From the NCBI RefSeq assembly GCF_009914755.1, contig NC_060930.1: a stretch of 64,000 nucleotides of DNA. One strand, 5' to 3'. The translations under genes and the position numbers were made by a program. Below the pieces are notes generated by a model. It ran no database searches. It was not told the origin of the DNA and saw only the letters and a program-made list of their open reading frames with translations. Positions 37,230 to 51,125 of the stretch are shown here, one piece after another. This stretch comes from the human T2T-CHM13v2.0 reference genome, Homo sapiens. Position 1 is the stretch's first letter. Each line of letters opens with the position of its first letter.

Positions 37230-39504
37230 TGATATGGTTTGGCTGTGTCCCCACCCATATCTCAACGTGAACTGTATCTCCCAGAATTCCCACATGTTGT
37301 GAGAGGGAACTGGGGGTGGGTGGATAATTGAATCATGGGGGCTGGTCTTTCCTGCACTATTCTCATGATAGTGAATAACTCTCTTGAGATCTGATGGGTT
37401 TACCAGGGGTTTCCACTTTTGCTTCTTCCTCATTTTTCTCTTGCCACCACCATGTAAGAAGTGCCTTTTGCCACCCAGCATGATTCTGAGGCCTCCTTAG
37501 CAATGTGGAACTATAAGTCCAATTAAACATCTTTTTGATCCCAGTATCAGCTATGTTTTTATCAGCAACATGAAAACAAACTAATACAGTAAACTGGTAC
37601 TAGTAGAGTGGGGTGTTGCTCAAAAGAGACCCAAAAATGTGGAAGCAACTTTGGAACTGGGTAACAGGCAGAGGTTGGAACAGTTTGGAGGGCTGAGAAC
37701 ACAGGAAAATGTGGGAAAGTTTGGAACTTCCTAGAGACATGTTCAATGGCTTTGAGAAAAACGTTGATAGTGATATGAACAATAAGGTTCAGGCTGAAAT
37801 GGTCTCAGATAGAGATAAATAACTTGTTGGTAACTGGAGCAAAGGTGACTCTTGTGTTTTAGCAAAGAGACTGGCAGCATTTTGCCTCTACTCTAGAGAT
37901 TCGTGGAACTTTGAACTTGAGAGAGATGATTTAGGTTATCTGGTGGAAGAAATTTCTAAGCAGAAAAGCATTCAAGAGGTCACTTGGGTACCGTTAAAAG
38001 CATTCCATTTTAAAAGGGAAACAGCATAAAAGTTTGGAAAATTTGCAGCCTGATGATGCAGTAGAAAAGAAAAATCCATTTTCTGAGGAGAAATTCAAGC
38101 AGGTTTCAGAAATTTGCATAAGTAGCAAGGAGCCTAATTTTAATTACCAAGACCATGGGGAAAATGTCTCCAGGCCATGTCAGAGACATTGATGGCAGCC
38201 CTTGCCATCACAGGCCCAGAGGCCCAGGAGGAAAGAGTAGTTTCATGGGCCAGGCCCAGGTTCCCTGTGCTGTATGCAGCCTAAGAACTTGGTGCCCGAT
38301 GTCTCAGCCACCCCAGCCATGGCTGAAAGGGGCCAATGTAGAGCTCAGGCTGTGGCTTCAGAGGATGAAAGCCCCAAGCCTTGGCAGCTTCCAGGTGGCA
38401 TTGAGCCTGTGGGTGCACAGAAGTCAAGAATTGAGGTTTGGGAACCTCTGCCTAGATTTCAGAAGCTGTCTGGAAACAGCTGGATGCCCAGGCAAAAGTT
38501 TGCTCCAGGGGTGGGGTCCTCATGGAGAACCTCTGCTAGTGCAGTGTGGAAGGGAAATGTGGGGTCAGGGACCTCCCACAGAGTCCCTACTGGGGCACTG
38601 CCTAGTGGAGCTGTGAGAAAAGGCCCACTGTTCTCCAGACCCCAGAATGGTGGATCTACCAACAGCTTGCACCATGTGCCTGGAAAAGCTGCAGACACTC
38701 AATGCCAGCCCACGAAAGCAGCCAGGAGGAAGGCTGTATTCTGCAATTCCACAGGGGTGGAACTGCCCAAAACCATGGGAACCCACCTCTTGCATCAGCA
38801 TGACCTGGATGTGAGACCTGGGGTTAAAGATCATTTTGGAGCTTTAAAATTTGACTACCCTGCTGGATTTTGGACTTGTATGGGCTCTGTAGCCCCTTTG
38901 TTTTGGCCAATTTCTCCCATTTGAAATGACTGTATTTACCCAATACCTGTACCCCCATTGTATCTAGGAAGTAACTAGCTTGCTTTCTATTTTGTAGGCT
39001 CATAGGTGGAAGGGATTTGCATTGTCTCAGATGAGACTTTAGACTGTGAACTTTTGAGTTAATGCTGAAATGAGTTAAGAATGGGGGACTGTTGGGCAGG
39101 CATGATTGTGTTTTGAAATGTGAGGACATGAGATTTGGAGGGGTGTGTCGGAATGATACGGTTTTGCTGTGTCCCTACCCAAATTTCAACTTGAATTGTA
39201 TCTCCCAGAATTTCCACGTGTTGTGGGAGGGAGCCGGGGGAGGTAATTAAATCATGGGGGCTGGTCTTTCCCATGCTATTCGCCTGATAGTGAATAAATT
39301 TCATAAGATCTGTTGGGTTTATCAGGGGTTTCTGCTTTTGCTTCTTTCTCATTTTTCTCTTGCTTCTATCACATAAGAAGTGCCTTTTGCCTCCCATCAT
39401 GATTCTGAGGACTCCTTAGTCATGTGGAACTGTATGTCCAATTAAACTTCTTTTTGTTCACAGTTTCAGGTATGTCTTTATCAGTGTGAAGATGAAATAA
39501 TACA
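37230..39504 (+). mobile_element. Full-length THE1A provirus (LTR 37230-37588, int, LTR 39154-39504) in L1PB ORF2
   Basis: THE1A-type 'gtatctcccagaatt' and 'gggtttatcaggggtttc' motifs in both LTRs; perfect TSD aatgg (37225-37229 / 39505-39509). Confidence 0.95.
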
Positions 39505-41737
39505 AATGGTAATTAAAAAAATTGCCAACAAAAAAAAAACATCTAGGACTGGACAAATTCACAGCTGAATTTTATTAGATAGTCAAAGAAGAATTGGTAC
39601 CATACCTATTGACACTATTCCACAAGAAAGAGAAAAGGGAGATCCTCCCTAAGTCATTTTATGAAGCCAGCATCACCCTAACAACCAAAACCGGGAAAGG
39701 GCATAACAAAAAAAAAAAAGCACAGACCAGTGTGAAAATCCTTAACAAAACAATGGCTAACCAAAACCAACAGCATATCAAAAAGATAATCCACCATGAT
39801 CAAGTGGGTTTCATACCAGGGACGCAGGGTTGGTTTAACATCAGCAAGTCAAGAAATGTGATATACCACATAAAGATAATTAAAAACAAAAATTACACAA
39901 TCATTTCAAGAGATGCAGAAAAAGCATTTGACAAAATCCAGCATCTGTCACCGACTAGAACCCTAGCAAAATTGGCATAGAGAGGATAAAATGTAATGAA
40001 AGCCATCTATGACAGGCCCACAGCCAACATAATACTGAATGGGGAAAAATTAAAAGCATTCCCCCTGAGAACTGGAACAAGACAAAGTTGCCCACTTTTA
40101 CCACTTCATAGTACTGGAAATCCTATGCAGAGCAATCAGACAAGGTTAAGAAATAAAGAGCATCCAAACAGGTAAAGAGGAAGTCAAACTGTCACTGTTT
40201 GCTCATGATATGATTATATACGTAGAAAACCTAAAGAGTCATTGAAAAAGCTCCTAGAACTGGTAAATGAATTCAGCGAAGTTTCGGGATACAAAATTAA
40301 TGTACACAAATCAGTAGCTCTGCTATACACCAACAGCGACCAAGCTGAGAATCGAATCAAGGAACTCAACCCCTTTCACAATAGCAGCAAAAAAATAAGA
40401 ATAGTAAAATATTTAGGAATATACCTAACCACGGACATGAAAAACCTCTAAAAGGAAAACTAAGAACACTGCTGAAAGAAATCATAGATGACACAAATAA
40501 CTGGGCACACACCCCATGCTCATGGATAGGTAGAATCAATATTGTGAAAATGACCATACTGCCAAAAGCAATCTACAAATTCAATGCAATTCCCATGAAA
40601 ATACCACCATCATTTTTCACAGAACTAGAAAAAACAATCCTAAAATTCATGTAAAACCAAAAAAGAGCCCAAATAGCCAAAGCAATACTAAGCAAAAAAA
40701 AACAAAAACAAAAACAAAAACAAAAACAAAAAAACAAAAAGAAACCTACAGGCATCACATAACCCAACTGTAGACTATAATATATGTGAGACCATAGTGA
40801 CCAAAACAGCATGATACTGGTATAAAAATAGGCACATAGACCAATAGAATAGAATACAGAACACAGAAATAAAGCCAAATACTCACAGCCAACTGCTCTT
40901 TGACAAAGCAAACAAAAACAGAAAGTGGGGAAAGGACACCCTATTCAACAAATGGTGCTTGGATAATTGGCTAGCCACATGTAGAAGAATGAAACTGGAT
41001 CCTCATCTCTCACCTTATATAAAAATCAACTCAAGATGGATCAAAGGCTTTAATCTAAGACCTGAAACCATAAAAAAACTATAACATTGAGAAAACCCTT
41101 CTAGACATTGGCTGAGGCAATGATTTCATGACCAAGAACTCAAAAGCAAATGCAACAAAACAAAGATAAATAGACGGAACTTAATTAAACTAAAAAGACT
41201 CTGCACAGCATAAGGAACAATCAGCAGAGTAAACAGGCAACCCGCAGAGTGGGAAAAAAATATTTGCAATCTATATATCTGACGAAAGATTAATATCCAG
41301 AATCTACAAGAAACTCAAACAAATTAGCCAAAAAAAAAAAAAAAAAAAAGCAAACAATCTCATCAAAAAGTGGTCTAAGGACATGAATAGGCAATTCTGA
41401 AAAGAAGATAAACAAATGGCTAACAAGCATACGGGAAAATGCTCAACATCTCTGATTATCACAGAAATGCAAATCAAAACCACAATGCAATACCACCTCA
41501 CTCCTGCAAGAATAGCCATAATCAAAAAATAAAAAAAATAGACGTTGGCATGGATGTGGTGAAAAGGGAACACTTTTACACTGCTGGTGGAAGTGTAAAC
41601 TAGTACAACCACTATGGAAAAGAGTGTGAAGATTCCTTAAAGAACTAAAAGTAGATCTACCATTTGATCCAGCATCCCAATACTTGCACAACCATTTTTA
41701 TAGCAGCACCGTTTGCAATTGCAAAAATATGGAACCA

Positions 41738-41845
41738 CTCAGCTGAGGTTGCGGAGGCTGAGGTTGCAGTGAGCCGAGATCGCGCCACTGCACTCCAGCC
41801 AGGGCAACAGAGTGAGACTCCATCTCCAAAAAAAAAAAAAAAAAA
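41738..41845 (+). mobile_element. 5'-truncated Alu (3' ~100 nt) inside L1PB
   Basis: 'gaggttgcagtgagccgagatcgcgccactgcactccagcc' plus poly-A; TSD aaaaatatggaacca / aaaaaaatgggacca. Confidence 0.92.
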
Positions 41846-44800
41846 TGGGACCAGCCCAAATGTTTATCAATCAATGAGTGGATGAAGAAAATGTGGTATA
41901 TGTATACCATGGGATAATATTTTGCCATAAAAAGGAACAAAATAATGGCATTCATAGCAACCTGGATGGAACTGGAGATTATTGTTCTAAGTGAAGTAAC
42001 TCAGGAATGGAAAACTAAACATTGCATGTTCTCACTCGTGGGAGCTAAGCTATGAGGACGTAAAGGCATAAGAACAATACATTGGACTGTGGAGTCTTGG
42101 GGGAGAAGATGGGGGGTGGCGAGGGATAAAATACGGCAAATTGGGTACAGTGTACTCTGCTCAGGTGATGGGTGCACCAAAATCTCAGAAATCACCACTA
42201 AAGAACTTATTCCTGTAACCGAACACCATCTATTCCCCCAAAACCCATGGAAATAAAATAAAAATAAATAAAAAAGAGGATACATGGCAATTTCTTTTTG
42301 AATCCTTAAATTTAAAAAAAATGACAGTAAAATTTAAAATAAAAAGATGACTTGAATACACAAATACATTTCCATGAGCTGAGAAAAAATTTTATATAAA
42401 ATTTCTAATACCAAAAAAAAAAAAAGGATAGAGAAAATGCAAGTGCCATTTTTGGTATGGAGTTAAACTCTAAAATTATTCTTGTATGAGTAATTTATTG
42501 ATCTCTCTTCTCTGTCACAGCGTCCCTGCATCTCTCTTTCTTTGTTTCTCACTCCCTCTCTCTCACCATATATAAGTCCACATGCGTATTCATGTACATA
42601 TAATACTTTGTATTTTAGATTTCATATCTATATTTATATATGTGTTATAGAGATAAAATCTACTTTTTGACTACAGTAATCTTTCATACAATCTACTTTT
42701 TAAAAACTCTGTTTCAGCTGAGATATAGTATTTATTATATATTATTGTATCAGATCCTTAGACATCTGACTGAATTTTACACATACACACATTTGTAATG
42801 TGCTCAAAGCACTTTTATTTGGTGTATCAAAATTAACCTATGAGATTTGCCTAATAGATATATCAGTTGAGAGTAGATAATAAAGTATTACCAATGTCAT
42901 GAGCTATGAGTTTTCATTCTGAAACTTCTAGCACAATAAACTACTGGACATCCATTTTCCCTTTAAAAAAGATTTCCCTTTCATTTTTAGTTGACATTTA
43001 ATAATTGTAAAATTATATAGTTTTAGCAAGCTTGACCAGCTAATAGAACCAACGTTTTAAATGATTTCAGAAAAATGTATCTTATTCTTGATTACTAGTC
43101 CAAAGAGAACCATTTTTTTACTGTTTCACATGAAAAATTTTATAACCAAACATTACTTTTAATTGTAATTTCAACTTTTATATTTATTTGTGACTATAGG
43201 GAATAACTCTCTGTATACAAACCATCTAAAGCAAAATTGTCAATAAATGGCTGACAACTACTTTAAATTCAAAGCAGTAGAGACTATCCAATAAAATATT
43301 ATACAATGAAAATTGGTTTGCATAATACATTGAACAGGTAGATACCTTAAAGTGTTCATTTCCTTTCAAAATATAATATTTTAAGTTAGTAAGATGAAGT
43401 TGAAAATAATATATTTAAGTATGGAAACTTTTTGCTTCTAAATGCTGAATTTCAAACAAATGTGACAGGCATGAGAAACTATCAAAGCTTTTTGCTACTC
43501 AAGAGTTACATGATAGATGCGTCAAACAGGTATTTGCTGAAAACAAAACTGCCTTACAATGGAGTCTTATTTGCTCTATTACATTTAGTTTATGTGCCCG
43601 CTACCTAATGTTACCTGTTTAGCACAAAGACTCTCTAGGCCTAAATTTTAAGAAGCAATCTCTAAAATCTACCATGATGGTTTTTATTTATTTGTAAACT
43701 TTTTTTCTATTATAATTAATGACTTTTCTGTGACGTATTTGCATTTACAATGCAATTACATCTCATTAAGCCCTTGAGTTCCAAACCTTATGTGGAGTCT
43801 TATTTCTTATCTTTCCTCATTCTAGGCATACATTTGTTTATGTGGTATTTATGTTTCTTTAACTTGAAATTTAATAAAATGGGTGCTAAATTAAAGAAAG
43901 GAAATGTCACTTACACTTTCTTTGAAAGCAGAAAATAATGTATTCCACTGAACAGCTGGGGAATTTTCATGCTTTATGCAAATTTGATCAAAAGTAACAA
44001 AAGTAGAGAAAATGTGAGTGTATAAGACTATTTCAAAGTGCAAATAAATGCAAATTATCTACACATTAAAAATGTGTGCATACACTTATTTTTAAACATT
44101 CATTGCACAATCTTTAACAGAAAACAGGATTTTTATGTTTCTGCAGCATAACTATAGGAGATCCAACTATGATATGTAGTGTGCTCATTTGCAAACAGAA
44201 TAATGACATGAAATCCATAATTTGAATACACAAAATACAGAGCAATATGTGATAAGGAGAAAGACCCATCAGAGTTATGTGTTCCATATAATGTTTTAAT
44301 CTTTCAGGAAACAGAAACAAGCATTTTATTTTCCATCTTAGTATTTAATACTTTTACCAGCAAGAGTATCTCTTTCCAAATGGAAAAAATTTTGAGAGTC
44401 CCATTAATCACTATAAGTTTAATTCGTGAAATAAATATTAAATTTATGTGTCCTTCATGTCTTATATATCTTTTTTATTTTATAGATATGAAAATAATGC
44501 AATGATAATTCACTTCAAATGACTTTTTAAACTGAAATCTCTAAATGATATTCAGCATTATGTTCTAGATTACCTGTTTTTGAGTTATGTGGTATATACA
44601 TATCACAACTGGGCAACTTACATATACTAATCTATATCATTGTAACTGGAATATGCATTTTTATTTATGTAGGTCTTAAAGTTCTCTATATTGAGTTTCC
44701 TTGGGGTAGATGTTTATAAAAAGCTAAAATATTACCTTGGAAATATTAAAAAGTCATAATTTTTCTTCAATATATAGCATATCTACCATTACATATTGAG

Positions 44801-47111
44801 ATTCCAAATATTAATATTAATGTGAGATCAGATGAACTAAGCAGAGACTAGATAAAATTAATATTGTGTACATTTTTCTTTTCCAAACAACGGACGCTAC
44901 CATCCCATATATCAATTTTTGTTTTACTTAATTTGAAATAATCGATGTATTTTAAAAAATGGTAAAAAACTGCATGTATTTGCTCTTTCTGTTCGTTTTT
45001 TATCATAAAATGATGTAAATTTTTATTTTATGTTATCAAATATATAATCCTTGAGTCTAGTAATTATATGTGAATTACTTAACCATTTGAAACATAGTTT
45101 AAATATTTAGGAAGTAGGATATCATACCAACTAAACAATAAAAAGGAAATGCTTAAGTAACACACCAAAACTCAACTCATGTCACCCATGAACTGTTCTG
45201 TGATTTGATACAAAATTTCTATTTCATTGGCACACAAATAAAAGAGTAGCTCACCAAATAAATACACATATCCTAGATTAAATGTTATTTTGTCTGTGAT
45301 GCTTTCCCCAAACTGAGTTTGCCAATCCAAACTTTGTTTCTAAAAACTTTAACTGCAGCCTGGTGTTGTAATTTGTCTGTTTACAGATTTGTCTGTGTCC
45401 CTGGATTGTGAGCTCTTTCAGTACAGGGGCCAGAAACAAAGTACCAGAGACCAGGGATCATGTTTAATTTGCTTGTATTAATTCAATATTCCCTGCCAAA
45501 ATGATCTTTCCAAAACACAAATCTAATGATTTTATCCTTCTGCTTCATTACATTAGTGATTTTCCATATAACTGCAGGGACTTTAGCAGGAAGACTTAAT
45601 TATCTGGTTCATTTTAATTTTTATCCTATCTGACATTTGTCTTTTGGCTAAGTATTTATATTTAATGAAGTTACTTATATACTGGAATATAAACCTACAA
45701 TCTTATTTGTTTTGTATTTATCGGTTTTGTTGTAATTTTTTCTCCTTTCTTGTCTTACTTTGAAGAAAGAATTTTTTATTATTTAATTTCTCCCTCTATT
45801 AGCTGGTTAACCTCATCTCCACATCTTTGCCCTCAGTAATCGTCAACTTTATAGAACTAGCATTAGCACATCAAACTCTCATGCTGTTTCACACTTTCAC
45901 ACACTATGCCTGAGATTCACTCTTCAAAATACCCTCAAACTTCATATGATACAAGAAGTTCTTCACTGCCCAAGGTTTGGTCAATATGAAGGAAACACTA
46001 CAGTCTCTTTCACATCTACCTTTCATATTTGCTCCGTTCTTTAAAGGTCATAGCTGTCTGAGAGTTTAATATCACTTCAGGTTCTTTCTATATATTCTAA
46101 ATTTAAAAAATTAAAATTTGGGAGGTATTTATGTATTTTGTTATAAAATTCACCTGTTAAATCTCTGGTAAATATTATCTATCAATTCATTTTTGTATTT
46201 AACTTTTCTTTAATGTATATTTTATAGTATAAAAGTTTTCTTAAGGGTAAATTATAATTTTTTTCTTTGTTGCTACTAAGAATACCCTAGCAATTTAGGT
46301 GGGCCCACTTTACCCTACATTTTCTTCTAATGGCTGACTATATATTCTTCTACTATATTGGTATGTAGTATTGTTTCACATTCACAATTTTAATCTGTTG
46401 AAGTTTTGTTGTAAAGAGGAATTTAGTAATTTTTAATAGATACCTAATTTTATCCAAACCGTTTATGAATAGCTTATACTTCCCTCCACTGGTATAAAAT
46501 CTAAATCTTTTTCATTAACTACATTCACACATTATATTAGTTTCTTTCTGTAATTATACAATTTCATTTGTAAAATTTACATTAACATAAAATATCACTT
46601 CTTTCTCTGTAAATATGTCCCTCTTCACTATGATTTAGTTTCAAAATCTTTCTTGGTTGCTAGTGACCTTCCTCTCTTCTACAGAACTTTAGAATCAACG
46701 TGTGAAGTTTTGTATTAAGAAAGTCCTTTTGGAGTTTTGATTAGTATTGTAATGAATTTATAAATTTACTTGATAACAATTGCTATTTTTATAATATTAT
46801 GTTTTCCTTCAAGAAATATGATTTAAGTGCTTCTTAAGATTTTTTAAACAAGACAAATATGCTATGTAGAAATAAAAAGACTGACAATTTTGATTATGTT
46901 GATAAAAGTAAAAAAGTACAGAAATTGATCTACTTATCTTTCTAGATAAATTATATGTTTAATAACATATGAACAGATATATACAGATATCTGTCTATAA
47001 ATGTAAGTGAACACATAAATATATTATATATAAATTTTTATGTTTGTAAATTTAAATTGATGTAAATATATTCATCATATATATGTATATGTGTGTACAT
47101 ATTTTTTCATA

Positions 47112-47500
47112 TATACATGCATCGTTAATGATGAGAATAGATTCTAAGTAATGTGCCCTTAGGTGACTTTGTAATTGTGCAAACATCATAGCGTATATTT
47201 ATGCAAACCTAGATAATATAGCCTATTGCACACCAAAACTATATGAAATAGCCTACTGCTCCTGGGCTTAAACCTGTACCACAGGTTATTTTATTGAATG
47301 CTTTAGGCAATTGTAACACAACGGTAAGTTTTGCTGGATCTAAACATATCTAAACATAAAATAGGTACGGTGAAAATATGGTATGAAAGATAAAACATGG
47401 TACACCTATATAGGGAAACTCCATTATAATCTTATAGGAACACTGCTGTATGTGCAGTCCATAGTTGACCAGAACATTGTTATGTAGTGTGCTATTGCTG
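47112..47500 (+). mobile_element. Tigger3-family (MER7) non-autonomous DNA transposon
   Basis: 'gtgcaaacatcatag...aaacctagataatatagcct...ggcaattgtaacacaacggtaag...attataatcttataggaacac...gttgaccagaacattgttatg'. Confidence 0.85.
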
Positions 47501-48211
47501 TTTATTTTCGAGATTATAGTGATCCTACATAAAAAAGATGAGAAATATTTTCTTTTTCTCTATTCTTCAGAAGATTTTGTATAACACTGTAGTGAATTAT
47601 CATTTGAAAGTTTGTAGAAAATTCTCTTAAGCACCCTCTAGGATGGGTATCTTCTTTATACCAAGATTTGTAACCACTGCTTCAAGTTCATAAATAAATA
47701 TACAGCTATTCACAATGTGTATTTCTTCTTCAGTCAATTTCAACTTTTTTTCCTTTCATTTAGTCTTTTGTGTCTAAGCATTTACCTTGTTTGCATAAAT
47801 TTTTTGTAATACTTCTTTTATTTGTAGTTATGTTCACATTTTTGTTTATATTTATTTCTTTTTTGTTTCATTTGGTCAGTCTTGGAAAATTTACGCTTTG
47901 TACGTCTTTTTAAATTTTCATATGGCTGTGTTTATCTCTAATCTATTTTTCTTGTCTCTATCATTGATCCCTGCTATAATTTTTTAATCTTCTGTATATC
48001 TTATTAGGTCTATTGCAATTTTTGTTTTTTTCTAATTTCTTATATATCAAGCTGGTTTTCAGCTTTTTTCAATATAAGCTTACAAATTTAGATTTCACTT
48101 GAAGCATTCATATTTACTACATTTCAAGTTTTTGATATTTTTCATTCTGTTCTAAGATTTTTATATTTCCATTATGATTTGCTTCATGATCCAAAAGTAT
48201 TTTAAAACATT

Positions 48212-48330
48212 TTTAATGTTTAAAAATATATTTGTACAACTATTTATTATAGTTTGGAGTACTAATGATTTAATGTTTAAACATATGATATTTGTACAAC
48301 TGTTTATTATAGTTTGGTATACAAATGATT
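48212..48330. repeat. Two-copy ~60-bp tandem duplication
   Basis: 'taatgtttaaa..atatttgtacaact(a/g)tttattatagtttgg..tac.aatgattt' occurs twice with a 60-nt offset. Confidence 0.9.
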
Positions 48331-48539
48331 TTTGTGACTATTTCTTATGTGCATGGGAATAATGTTGAATGTAGACATCTACATGTAGCCATTAAGTAAA
48401 GCATGCAAACTCTATTGAAATCTTTTTATTGATATTTTATCTTCTAGATTGATCAATAATTGAGAAAGATGTGTTTACTTTTTCTTATAAGCCTATGGCT
48501 TTTTTTTTTACTTATTATGAATCTATTTTATTAGGCATT

Positions 48540-50930
48540 TTATAATTTTAGGTTCTCAGCAAAACTAAGAGGAAGGTACAGAGATTTTCCACACATCCCT
48601 GCTCACACACATGCATAACCTCTCTCATGATTAACATTCCCCATTAGAGTGGTAGAATAGTTACAACTGATAAACCCATGAAAACACATCATAATCATTT
48701 AAAGTCCAAGGTTTACATTAGGGTTCACAGTTGTTGTTGTACATTTTATGAGTTTGATGAATAGACATGTATCAATCACTACAGTATCATACAGAGTATT
48801 TTCACTGCCTAAAAATCCTCTGTGTTCTGCCTATTAATCTCCTGCTGCCAACCCGTTACAACAACTGATATTTTTATTAATTTTACAGTTTTGCCTCGTC
48901 CTGGATGTCATATAGTTGGAAGCATACAGTATGCAGCCTTTTCAGGTTCACTTATTTCACTTAGTAATGAACATTTAAGATTTTGCCATGTCTTTTCATA
49001 GCTTGATAGCTCATTTATTTTTAGCGCTGATAAAGACTCTTTGCTTCACCATACATTGGTCAGACTCCTGAACCTTCTTCTTGTTCCATGTGTGCACTTT
49101 CTTGTAAAATCCAGTTTTAGCAAGAACTCCCTACTCTCAATATTTGATCACCCTAGATATATGATCAGGTTTGTCATTCTCCACCATCCCCCAATGTCAT
49201 ATCTAATCACTCTGGCCTGTCTTCATCAAGAATCCAATTTGGTCTATGTAGTCAGAATTCTCCTTACCCCTCATGTTTCCTCTTATTAATTTTCCATCCA
49301 CTGAGCCTCATTCTGCTCCTTGGCTATAAATTCCCAATTTCCATGCTATATTTGGAGTTGATCCCAATCTTTTCCCCTACCACTGCAAAATCTATTGCAA
49401 GCAGTCCCCATATGTATTGTAATGGTCCTGAACAAAATCTTCCTTGCTGTGCTGTGACAACAATTATTGAATCATTTTTGCTTTAACAGTGCTAAATAAT
49501 ATTCTACTCTCTGAATGTTCCATAGTATATTTATCTATTCATTACTGAAGGAAAATTTGGTTGCTTCCTAGTTTTGAAAATTATGATGAATGCTGCTATA
49601 AACATATGTGTTCAGCTTTTCATATGGACATAAAATTTCTACTCATTTGGGGAAATTTCAAGAAGTGAAATTGCTGATTCATGTGTTAAGAGAATCTTTA
49701 GTTTTATATAAAACTGTCAAACTGCCTTGGAAAATGGCTGTAGCATTTTGCATTCCATCAGCAATGAATGAGAGTTTTTGTTGCTCCACATCTGCAACAA
49801 CATTTTGTATTATCAGTGTTCCATATGTATGCCATTGTAGTGGCATCTAATTGTTTGTTTGCACTTTCCTCATGAAATATGATGTGGAACATTTTTTCAC
49901 ATGCTTATTTGCATTTTGTATGTATGCACACTCTCTCACACACACACATAGGTACAGTGTCTATTAAAAGTCTTAGGCTCATTTTAAATAATTTTTATTA
50001 TTGACTTTTAAATGTTCATTTTATATTTTGGATAAGAAGCCTCTATAAGATGTGTCTGATGAAAATATTTTCTTCTCATTTGGGACTTGTCTTTTATTTT
50101 CTTGACATTATCTTTTTTATAGCAGAAAATTTTAATTTTAATAAGTCCAGCTTATCAATCTTTTTTTCATGGATTGTATTTTTGATGTCATGTCTAAAAG
50201 GTCATCACTGTATCCAACATCATCTAGGTTTTCTCTTATATTATCTTCTAGGAGTTTTACAGTTTTGTGTTCTATATTTAATTTTATGATTCATTTTGAG
50301 TTAACCTTTGTGAAGAGTATAAGGTTTGTGTTTAGATTTTTTTTTTTTTGCATGTGGCTGTCCAGTCACTTCCACATCATTTGTTGAAAAGACTATCTTT
50401 GCTCTATTGTATTGCCTTTGCTTTTTGTCAAAGATCAGTTGAGTATATATGTGAATCTATTTTTGAATCTATGTGTTACATTAATCTAATTGTCTATTCT
50501 TTCACCAATATTATACTTTCATGATTACTGTAACTTTAGAGTGTCTTAAAGTCCACTAGTTTCATTCCTTCATCTTTGTTCTTCTCTTTCAATGCTGTTT
50601 TAATCATTTGAGTCTCTTTTTTTCTCCAAAAGAACTTCATCATCACTTTGTTGATATACCCAAAATAACTTGCTGACATTTTAATTGGTATTGCATTGAA
50701 TTTATAGATTAAGTTGGGAAAGTCTGACATCTCGATGATATTAAGTCTTTCTATCCATGAACATAGGATATCTCTCCATTTATTTAATTCATCTTTGATT
50801 TTGTTCATCAGACTGTGTAATTTTCCTCATACAGATTTTGTACTTATTTTGTTCAGTCTAGACCTAAGCCTTGTATTTTTGTGCTGCTAATGGAAATGGC
50901 ATTGTTTTCATTTTCAAATTTCATCTGTAT
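48540..50930 (-). mobile_element. L1MC1/2-type 3' end and ORF2 fragment
   Basis: 'ttttaggttctcagcaaaactaagaggaaggtacagagatttt'; the minus ORF 50536-50808 '[34 protein letters not shown]' is L1 ORF2. Confidence 0.88.
49028..49488 (+). mobile_element. MER31-like ERV1 solo LTR inside L1MC
   Basis: TG...CA termini ('tgataaagactct...ctttaaca'); 'cttgtaaaatccagttttagcaagaac'; TATA 'ggctataaat'; 4-bp TSD gcgc/gtgc. Confidence 0.8.
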
Positions 50931-50964
50931 TTGTTCATGTGAATATGACTATATGTAATGATAG

Positions 50965-51125
50965 GGCCAGTACCTCAAAATGTGACCATATTTGATGATA
51001 GGGTCTTATAGAGGTAAAAAATTAAAATTAGGTCATTAGGGTGAGCCCCAATCTAATCTGACTGGCCTCTTTATAAGAAGAGATTAGAATACACAGGAAA
51101 ACACCAGAAGTATGTATACACAGGG
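50965..51125 (+). mobile_element. MLT1/MST LTR fragment
   Basis: 'tacctcaaaatgtgaccatatttg...ggtcattagggtgagccccaatctaatctgactgg'. Confidence 0.7.

Larger units (their letters stand above)
33964..42275 (+). mobile_element. Near-full-length L1PB (L1PBa-type 5'UTR, L1PB1-type 3' end), inactive, with internal deletions and nested THE1A and Alu
   Basis: 5' 'aaaatggcagataggaggcaggattaaattgcagctcccactc'; ORF2 pieces ('[33 protein letters not shown]', '[21 protein letters not shown]'); A-tail; TSD aaagagaatatatggcaattt (33928-33948) / aaagaggatacatggcaattt (42273-42293); ORF1-to-EN deletion at ~35916. Confidence 0.92.

Noticed and set aside
38274-38924. Longest ORF (216 aa) as a gene
   Set aside because: It is a remnant of the THE1-int ORF; homologous broken frames occur in the other two THE1-int copies, and the upstream part of the element's ORF is disrupted.
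42300-47100. Hidden exons or RNA genes in AT-rich stretches (also 17800-21600, 23000-24900, 59600-61000)
   Set aside because: By eye I found no paired splice sites with coding signal and no tRNA/snRNA/snoRNA hallmarks; parts look like very old L2/L1ME debris. A conservation or Rfam scan is needed to exclude small elements.
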